From Candidatus Daviesbacteria bacterium (lineage in GTDB: Bacteria; Patescibacteriota; Microgenomatia; Daviesbacterales; UBA10151), in contig JAKFWZ010000078.1 in NCBI GenBank assembly GCA_021731695.1, positions 25,073 through 89,072 of the forward strand: a DNA stretch of 64,000 nt, given 5' to 3'. Of the stretch, positions 56,445-64,000 are shown piece by piece. Made by a program: the position numbers and the translations under genes. The notes below the pieces were generated by a model. That model had not been told where the DNA came from and did not search any database. It was given only the letters and a program-made list of their open reading frames with translations. Numbering within the stretch: the first letter of the stretch is position 1; every line of letters starts with the position of its first letter.

Positions 56445-58817
56445 TTAATTAATAGGACACGTATCTATAGCATTAGGTGTTCCCGGATATATTTGATTTG
56501 ATGAATTCCTGCACTGTCCACATGAGTCGCAAGTTGGATAATTCCCGGGGCAACTGTGAGAGTATTCTGAGTCAGGGCTAAGCTTATTGCAGTAGAAATC
56601 CTTATTAAAGACTCCTTTAATAGTACAGTATAAGTTGTCGTCAATTCTCGATAAGTTGCATGCACCTGTAGAAAGAGAGCAGGTGAAATTGGATTCATAA
56701 CATCTTGGCAGTGATGAATTCGACGGTGAGGAAGTGGAATTGGAAGTTAGGGAGGTGTCATTTCCTGACTCGACTGAAGTTTTGCCGTCACAGAAGGTGT
56801 TTTGGATAAACCCGGGCTGATTTTTGAAAAGAGTTTCCGCGTTTCGGTAGTGGGTTATGACATCCGTTGGCAGGGTTGCGCAGGTTGGATTCGGTTTAAA
56901 CTTTTGATCTGTTGAAAGAATCGGCGTAAAAGTACCGCCTGCAAAAATCATCCAAATTTTTTGCGGGACCCGCCTGTCGTTACAAATATTAACTCTTCCG
57001 GTTGTGTTGTTTGCGGAAGTTGCAGTGAATAGCGGATTTAAACCTAAATCAGCTTTAACGCAAATTCCCGGAATGTCATTAAAAACTGCATAAAATGCGG
57101 ATAATCTGGCGGCGGTTTTAGCCAGATCAAATCTGGTTCTGAATTTTGAATCGATACATTGTCCGACGTTTGCATTATCCGGGCATGTAGGTAATTCGTT
57201 GACGATTGAAGTTAATTCATTCTTGGCGAGGGTTGAGACGATTCGGAGATTGCCGCTTGGAGAAGCGGGCAACCTTTGGTTTAATGCATCAAAACTTGAT
57301 TTAAATCCAATAATTTCTGCCTTAGTTAAGCTAATTGGAATTGTACCTCCTCCGCCGGAACTTGCAGATGGAGCAGGGCTTGTGCTTGCAGCGGGAGAAG
57401 CACTTCCTGATGGAGATGCTGATGCACTGCCTGAGGGTGAAGATGAAGCAGAGGATGATGGGGATGGTGAGGAGGAAGGTGAAGCAGCAGCACACTGATT
57501 ATTAACGCATTTGTTGGATGCACAATCTTTGTTTTCGTTACAGGCTCTTCCTGTGGCTGTGGTGCCTCCTGCGCATTTATTGTTTGTGCAGGTTCCCGAC
57601 TGGCACTCCGACCCGCTGGTGCAGGAAGAGCTGCCGGTTTTCGTGCCTGTTGAATCACATTTTCCGTTAGTGCAGGATCCTGATGCGCAATCGGTGCCTT
57701 TAGTGCATGATGAACCTGAGGTTTTCGCTCCTCCGACGCATTTTCCTCCCGAACAATCGCCGGATTTACACTGGGAGTCCTTACCGCAAGACTTTCCTGC
57801 ATCCAATAGACTGCCGGTGCTGTCGTTTTTGCTTCCCGGGGCGCATTTTATATTCTGGTTTTCCGGATCCTTAGGAACAAAAGCCACGATTTCGCTGGGG
57901 GTTATCTGTAGAATTGCCGGGAAAGGTGTCCAGCCGTTATATGAGACAGCGTCTGGGGTCCCGATGGTATTCGGCACGCCCGAATCATTTTGCCCCGAAC
58001 CGCCGGTTACATAGTTCGTATAGATGACAATTCGGTCATTATCATAGCCTGTGGCTACATAACCGCTGGTTGACTGTTTATCGTTCCCGGTTCCTCTTTG
58101 CTGGAATTTTTCTCCGTTTGGATCCTTGACCGATGTTTCGATCATCGTTCCCCGGTCAAAATGAGACATTGTGGCTAGAGGGAATTTTCCGTTTGCCGGG
58201 CTTGCGGTCCCCGGGTTTTCGGTTAAGCATGAATTAGAGTTTGCATCATAACCTAAATTTTCGCATTTATAATATTGGTTCCAATCTTTAACTTTGAGAT
58301 ATTCATCCTTATACGGGTCCTCTTTTAAAGTATCGTTGGGGTTTTTGCCCTTTCTTATTGTATATATCCATTCATCACCGTCCGCGCTAAATTTATAAAC
58401 CACATCCTTAAACTCCTTTGCTCTTAGCTCTTCGCCTTTTTTACCATCGAATCCGCTGTCCCGGCCGAATTGTTCATATTCGGGACCTGAACTTTTCTTT
58501 GGTTCAATATTGTCTTCGTTGGAATTTTTAAACGCCACATAGCGGTTACTCTCACTAAGACCAACCTTTACGCATCCGTCGGGCGGGGTGGGGAGAGTGG
58601 CCGCGAACGGGACTATGTTTGTCCTTTGCTGGACTAAGTAAACCGTCAGGCCGATTGCCGCAACTAAAAATAAGGGAAGGAGTATCTGGGAAATGCCCCG
58701 CTGGTTCAGCGTTATTCGTTGTTCGTTATTCGTTGTTCGTGATTCGTTATTCGCTGCAGACAGAGGCTGTTTTTTTTGATGAACGATGAACGAAAAACGA
58801 TTAACCAGATCGGGCAT
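56445..58817 (-). CDS. Large N-terminally anchored Cys-rich surface protein (CxxGxxCxSGxCxxGKC x5 and CVKADLG domain) with heptamer tract in its 5' end
   Basis: Cytoplasmic tail KKQPLSAANNESRTTNNEQRIT, then a TM helix. Five Cys-knot-like repeats, a Ser/Pro linker, and the block SAFYAVFNDIPGICVKADLG. Confidence 0.55.
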   Translation of the reverse strand: MPDLVNRFSFIVHQKKQPLSAANNESRTTNNEQRITLNQRGISQILLPLFLVAAIGLTVYLVQQRTNIVPFAATLPTPPDGCVKVGLSESNRYVAFKNSNEDNIEPKKSSGPEYEQFGRDSGFDGKKGEELRAKEFKDVVYKFSADGDEWIYTIRKGKNPNDTLKEDPYKDEYLKVKDWNQYYKCENLGYDANSNSCLTENPGTASPANGKFPLATMSHFDRGTMIETSVKDPNGEKFQQRGTGNDKQSTSGYVATGYDNDRIVIYTNYVTGGSGQNDSGVPNTIGTPDAVSYNGWTPFPAILQITPSEIVAFVPKDPENQNIKCAPGSKNDSTGSLLDAGKSCGKDSQCKSGDCSGGKCVGGAKTSGSSCTKGTDCASGSCTNGKCDSTGTKTGSSSCTSGSECQSGTCTNNKCAGGTTATGRACNENKDCASNKCVNNQCAAASPSSSPSPSSSASSSPSGSASASPSGSASPAASTSPAPSASSGGGGTIPISLTKAEIIGFKSSFDALNQRLPASPSGNLRIVSTLAKNELTSIVNELPTCPDNANVGQCIDSKFRTRFDLAKTAARLSAFYAVFNDIPGICVKADLGLNPLFTATSANNTTGRVNICNDRRVPQKIWMIFAGGTFTPILSTDQKFKPNPTCATLPTDVITHYRNAETLFKNQPGFIQNTFCDGKTSVESGNDTSLTSNSTSSPSNSSLPRCYESNFTCSLSTGACNLSRIDDNLYCTIKGVFNKDFYCNKLSPDSEYSHSCPGNYPTCDSCGQCRNSSNQIYPGTPNAIDTCPIN
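58711..58752. repeat. Heptamer tract (GTTATTC/GTTGTTC/GTGATTC) x6 inside the 5' coding region
   Basis: Six 7-nt units encode NNESRTTNNEQRIT. Confidence 0.85.
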
Positions 58818-58991
58818 ATAAATTAACTATATAAATTGAAGGAGCGTTTGTCCAGTTAATGATGAGGGATAGGTTTAGAGTTATACGGTTAGGAGGCTGG
58901 TATCGTGAGGAGGTTAGGAAGATGGTGCCTAATACCAAAAACCCTTTAACCCTAAACCATACGAGCTTCGTTACCCTTTAACTCTAAGCTA

Positions 58992-59333
58992 TCATTTAGC
59001 GTAAATAGTAGATTCGGACTCTGTAGGATTTCTTTCACCGTCATCTGTCCAGGTCATAAATTGAGACGAAGTGTCGCATCCTGTGTAATCAGTATCAGGA
59101 CACTCAGGATCAGCAGGGTGAATGATAGCAGTAGAAGAGTTTTGGTTTTGAACAGGAACTTCAGAAGCTGCCTCTTTAGGTTTAGATTGCGCAGCCCAAA
59201 AACCATAAAAAATTACTCCTGAAACGAAAATTACAGCAACTGAAATAAATATAATTAACGATGTAATACCTTTTTCTGAGTTTGGCATTTGCTTGTACTG
59301 AGTAAAGCGAACGCTAAGTTTGACATTTTTCAT
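58992..59333 (-). CDS. Small single-pass protein with acidic C-x8-C tail
   Basis: TM helix LIIFISVAVIFVSGVIFYGFW. C-terminal motif ECPDTDYTGC. Confidence 0.35.
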   Translation of the reverse strand: MKNVKLSVRFTQYKQMPNSEKGITSLIIFISVAVIFVSGVIFYGFWAAQSKPKEAASEVPVQNQNSSTAIIHPADPECPDTDYTGCDTSSQFMTWTDDGERNPTESESTIYAK

Positions 59334-59336
59334 TTT

Positions 59337-60071
59337 TTACAGCCCCACCTTTTCTTTGGCTAGTTTGATTTGTTCCGCAAAACCCTGCTCAATAGTATCT
59401 CTTGAAGGATCTTCCTTACCTGTGGCTGGCTTTAGCTGATTGTTAACAACAACTCTCCAAACTAAAGCACCATCATTGCCGGAGCATAGCAGCAATCTTC
59501 CTGAACCTCCGCCTGCTGCATTTGCAGGGATTTGTGTGCCTACTCCTAAGTCTGCAGGAACACATAGTCCTGCGACACCTTCTTTAATAGCATAAAATCT
59601 TGCTAAGTTATTAGCAACTTTTGCATCATAATAGGAAGTTGCAACTGTTGTTTTATCTTCAGGTGTTTCTTTGCAGACAGGGGAAGAGGTTGAAGTTGAT
59701 GTTGACGAAGAAGATCCGGAGCCTTTATAAGCTTTTTCACCTTTACCGATTCCGGGAGCATATCCACCAGGATCTTTGCAGGGAATTCCTTTTGTAATAA
59801 GTTCTTTTTCGTGCTCAGCAACCCACTCTTCAACAGCGTTTGGTCCGTAAACAGCTGCAAAGTCAGCTTTAGACTGCTCGCTTTGTCCGCCTAGAGTTTG
59901 TCCGTCGCAGGCTACAGTTTTTCCCGCGGCCCACGGTAAAAAGCCCGTGCCGCTTTGAACTAAAAGAGTTCCGGCAATAATGCCTACTGCCACTAAAGCT
60001 AAAATTAAAACAGGGGAAAATCCTGATTGTTTATTAATATAGTATGTTTTGTTTTTCATTTTGCTATACAC
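59337..60071 (-). CDS. Anchored protein of the CV[KP]ADLG-domain family
   Basis: Block RFYAIKEGVAGLCVPADLG. The gene overlaps the upstream gene by 16 nt. Confidence 0.5.
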   Translation of the reverse strand: MYSKMKNKTYYINKQSGFSPVLILALVAVGIIAGTLLVQSGTGFLPWAAGKTVACDGQTLGGQSEQSKADFAAVYGPNAVEEWVAEHEKELITKGIPCKDPGGYAPGIGKGEKAYKGSGSSSSTSTSTSSPVCKETPEDKTTVATSYYDAKVANNLARFYAIKEGVAGLCVPADLGVGTQIPANAAGGGSGRLLLCSGNDGALVWRVVVNNQLKPATGKEDPSRDTIEQGFAEQIKLAKEKVGL

Positions 60072-61537
60072 GCGTTTGCTTTAGCTTTTGCAGCTTCAAG
60101 TTTTTCTTTAGCCTTTGCTTCGATTTCGCTGTTAATTTTTCCTTTAACATTGCTTAAGATTTGATTAAATTCATCGTATCTCGTAAGCGCGATTTTTGCA
60201 TCTGCCTCAGTTGCGGCCAGATCTTCAGGAGTAAATACACCGATTGCATAGCAGGGGATATTAAGACCATTTGAATCAACTCCGCAGGTACCTGAAGATG
60301 AAGATTTGCCTGGAGCTGATTGAGAAGCGGGGGCTTCACCGCCTGTTGATTGTGCTGACGGAGCTTTATTTGTACTTGCTCCAGTACTTCTACTGCCTGA
60401 ATTGGTCACAGCTAATTTAGCCGCTGTGCAGCGTGTGTATTGAACAGCAACAGCCGCACCATTTTTTATCACAGAGGTTTCGCCTATCTCGCACCCTTCT
60501 CTTTTGTCTGTATCAGTTGGATCGTTATCGCCTCTACACCAGGAGGTTTCTACTTGTGTACACTTAGCAGTCGTATAAGTACATCTGGCTTTCTTTTCAA
60601 TTACGTAACAGCCCAGTGTATTTCCAGCACATTCGTCACTGCATTGCTGCGTATCAGTTGCTGAAGCAGCTGATTGCCCCTTAGGTGAGCAGCCGTCGGC
60701 ATAAGGGCCAGTATAACCTCCCCGACATTCAAGATTGGTCTGGCTGTGTTTTTTATTGCACCAGTTTAGATCATCAGAATTAAATTCTTCACAGCTTGTC
60801 TGATTTGCTTTTACAACGCAGCCATCGTTAAACGGTCCTCCGGATCCACCAAAGCATTCATAATTGGCACCATGTGATTTACAGAATGAAGTTGGTTCTC
60901 CTTCGCAGGTGTTAGTCATAGTATTGATCTGCGGTACATTCGTGAGAGTGCAGAGACCGGTATTAATATTAATTGAAGTATTCACTCCATAACCTGCGCA
61001 ATCATCAAGATTACGGGGTGGTGCACAGCGGGCCTCACTTGAAGAGATATTTATACAGATTTTCCCAAAATTGCTACCCTGACTGCAATTTTCAACTATT
61101 TGACCATTTTGATTCCGGATTTCATTGCCACCACCACAATGTGTTTGGTTTAGATTAGTTGGGGAATTAATACAACTTGCCTGACCGGCAGCTTCAACGC
61201 ATACATAATCTGCACCATAATCTGCGCAATTCTCTTTAAAACCATTATTAGCCTTGAACCTGACAGATGCGCCATTACAATAGGTGTCGAAAGAATTTGT
61301 AGGATTGGAGGCATCATCTGCTCTAGGTAAAAAGTTAACACCATTCTGAATAAGTAAAACGCCTGCGGCAATGCCGAAGAGGAGCAAAACTAAAACGGGG
61401 ATGGGGGCGAAACCTGCCTGCCGGCAGGCAGGGCCTTTTTCGTGATTCGTTATTCGTTCATCGTTTGTCGTCAGCGCAGGTCGCTTTTTGCTATGAACTA
61501 ATAACCAATAACGACGAACTATTTTCGGCAGGTTCAT
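60056..61537 (-). CDS. Anchored Cys-rich surface protein. Its 5' coding region carries degenerate heptamers and the 20-nt GC palindrome
   Basis: Tail KKRPALTTNDERITNHEKGPACRQAGFAP, then a TM helix, then a domain with about 40 Cys. Confidence 0.5.
   Translation of the reverse strand: MNLPKIVRRYWLLVHSKKRPALTTNDERITNHEKGPACRQAGFAPIPVLVLLLFGIAAGVLLIQNGVNFLPRADDASNPTNSFDTYCNGASVRFKANNGFKENCADYGADYVCVEAAGQASCINSPTNLNQTHCGGGNEIRNQNGQIVENCSQGSNFGKICINISSSEARCAPPRNLDDCAGYGVNTSININTGLCTLTNVPQINTMTNTCEGEPTSFCKSHGANYECFGGSGGPFNDGCVVKANQTSCEEFNSDDLNWCNKKHSQTNLECRGGYTGPYADGCSPKGQSAASATDTQQCSDECAGNTLGCYVIEKKARCTYTTAKCTQVETSWCRGDNDPTDTDKREGCEIGETSVIKNGAAVAVQYTRCTAAKLAVTNSGSRSTGASTNKAPSAQSTGGEAPASQSAPGKSSSSGTCGVDSNGLNIPCYAIGVFTPEDLAATEADAKIALTRYDEFNQILSNVKGKINSEIEAKAKEKLEAAKAKANACIAK
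61412..61431. repeat. 20-nt GC palindrome, copy 2 (inside the coding region, followed by a T-run on the + strand)
   Basis: CCTGCCTGCCGGCAGGCAGG followed by GCCTTTTTC. It encodes PACRQAG on the minus strand. Confidence 0.85.
61443..61470. repeat. Degenerate heptamer tract (GTGATTC GTTATTC GTTCATC GTTTGTC)
   Basis: Four related 7-nt units encode TNDERITNH. Confidence 0.7.
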
Positions 61538-61790
61538 TTTTGTATTCTTACATTAATATTAAGTAATTTTTCAGCTTGACACAAGTGTGAATAATCTAGT
61601 AGAATTGCTTACTGATGTTTTCTAAGAGAAACAACGTATTTAATTTAGCTTCCGTTTAAGCTTGGCAACCGTTCGTCCGCCAGCTGGCGGAGGCGGATAG
61701 TCCCAAGCGTTGCACCCCTCGAATTTAAAAGTGAATAAATTAGTTAATGACAAGTCTAAACCGCTTGTTGGTTTTGTGGAGCAGAGGTTC

Positions 61791-61862
61791 GGGCCCGTAG
61801 TTCACCGGTAGAACGCTTCATTTGCAATGAAGATGCAGGAGGTTCGACTCCTCTCGGGTCCA
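61791..61862 (+). tRNA. tRNA-Ala (UGC)
   Basis: GGGCCCGTAGTTCACCGGTAGAACG, anticodon loop tTTGCAa and T-arm GGTTCGACTCC. Confidence 0.85.
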
Positions 61863-62254
61863 CAGGTTTAATGATTAAAGAATGATGATTAAGGATTAAT
61901 GAATAAAATCATTAATCGTAAATCTTTAATCACTAATCAATCTTTTTTTGACTTGGATATGGATTTTTGACGAAGAATAGTTGAAAGTCCATATCCGGGC
62001 CGAAGATATGGCTTTAATTCTATTAATTCCCACTAGGGAAAGAGGAATAAAGTTTAAGTCCTTGGAGTTTGTACTTTGAAATGTGAATACGACATAAATG
62101 AAGAGCAATCAGCTCTCAGTCAACAGTCGTCAGCCAATCGCAAGAAAAGCTGAAGTCTGAAAGCTGAAGTCTGAAAGCTCTTTTATGAGAAGGCCAATAA
62201 GGGTCAGATTTAACATCTGATCCATGAGCGTCGTCGAGACGCTCAAAATAGTCA

Positions 62255-64000
<1,746 letters not shown>

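Noticed and set aside
57199-58014. ORFs 57199-57498, 57326-57802 and 57511-58014
   Set aside because: These overlap the repetitive Cys/Ser/Pro-rich region of 56445-58817 on the same or the opposite strand. Open frames are expected in low-complexity sequence.
62131-62160. 14-nt direct repeat (gaaagctgaagtct x2) between tRNA-Ala and 23S
   Set aside because: It is probably part of 23S leader processing structure. It is too short to interpret.

Overview
This is a low-GC, gene-dense bacterial window. Its content suggests a Candidate-Phyla-Radiation/Patescibacteria-like genome (inference only): a LAGLIDADG intron inside the 16S gene, many N-terminally anchored Cys-rich surface proteins, cohesin/dockerin-like modules and a minimal metabolism. 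Left to right it contains the following. (1) A ZIP metal transporter and two tandem Nudix/IDI-like genes. (2) A complete archaeal-style mevalonate operon on the minus strand: decarboxylase, two GHMP kinases, a DUF35 protein, thiolase, HMG-CoA synthase and HMG-CoA reductase. This is followed by a trans-polyprenyl synthase and UppS. (3) A Phd/VapC toxin-antitoxin pair flanked by a duplicated uppS 3' end. (4) Surface proteins: a tailspike-like protein with an S74 intramolecular-chaperone domain, and a 1008-aa protein with three LamG domains. (5) A cell-envelope glycan cluster: O-antigen-ligase-like proteins, GT26, a GT-A/RGP-like glycosyltransferase and a priming sugar transferase. It also carries two unusual fusions that point to glycan sulfation: a sulfatase-like::PAPS-reductase-like protein and a nucleotidyltransferase::APS-kinase protein. 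(6) A second TA islet: VapC/AbrB inserted into a duplicated spoU 5' end, plus a DUF433/DUF5615 pair. (7) prs. (8) A 16S rRNA gene interrupted by an intron of about 930 nt that encodes a LAGLIDADG homing endonuclease. (9) About 23.5 kb of protein-coding DNA between the 16S and 23S genes. It carries tRNA-Cys, an acyl-ACP desaturase, tRNA-Ile, pyrB, pgk, gap, alr and Hint-domain and cohesin/dockerin-like surface proteins. It also carries a cluster of modules, each a large Cys-rich anchored protein followed by a small single-pass protein with an acidic C-x8-C tail. tRNA-Ala and the 5' part of the 23S gene follow. Recurrent non-coding signals are described in the findings. They include a family of heptanucleotide tandem repeats, found as six-frame-stop tracts between convergent genes and as frame-shifting tracts in the 5' coding regions of surface-protein genes. 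Others are a dyad CCAAT/ATTGG intergenic element (three copies), two homologous GC-rich structured elements and a 20-nt perfect GC palindrome (two copies). There are also paired long hairpins upstream of the rRNA region and a tandem duplication of the tRNA-Cys 3' end. All calls rest on reading the sequence and the ORF track. No database search was run.
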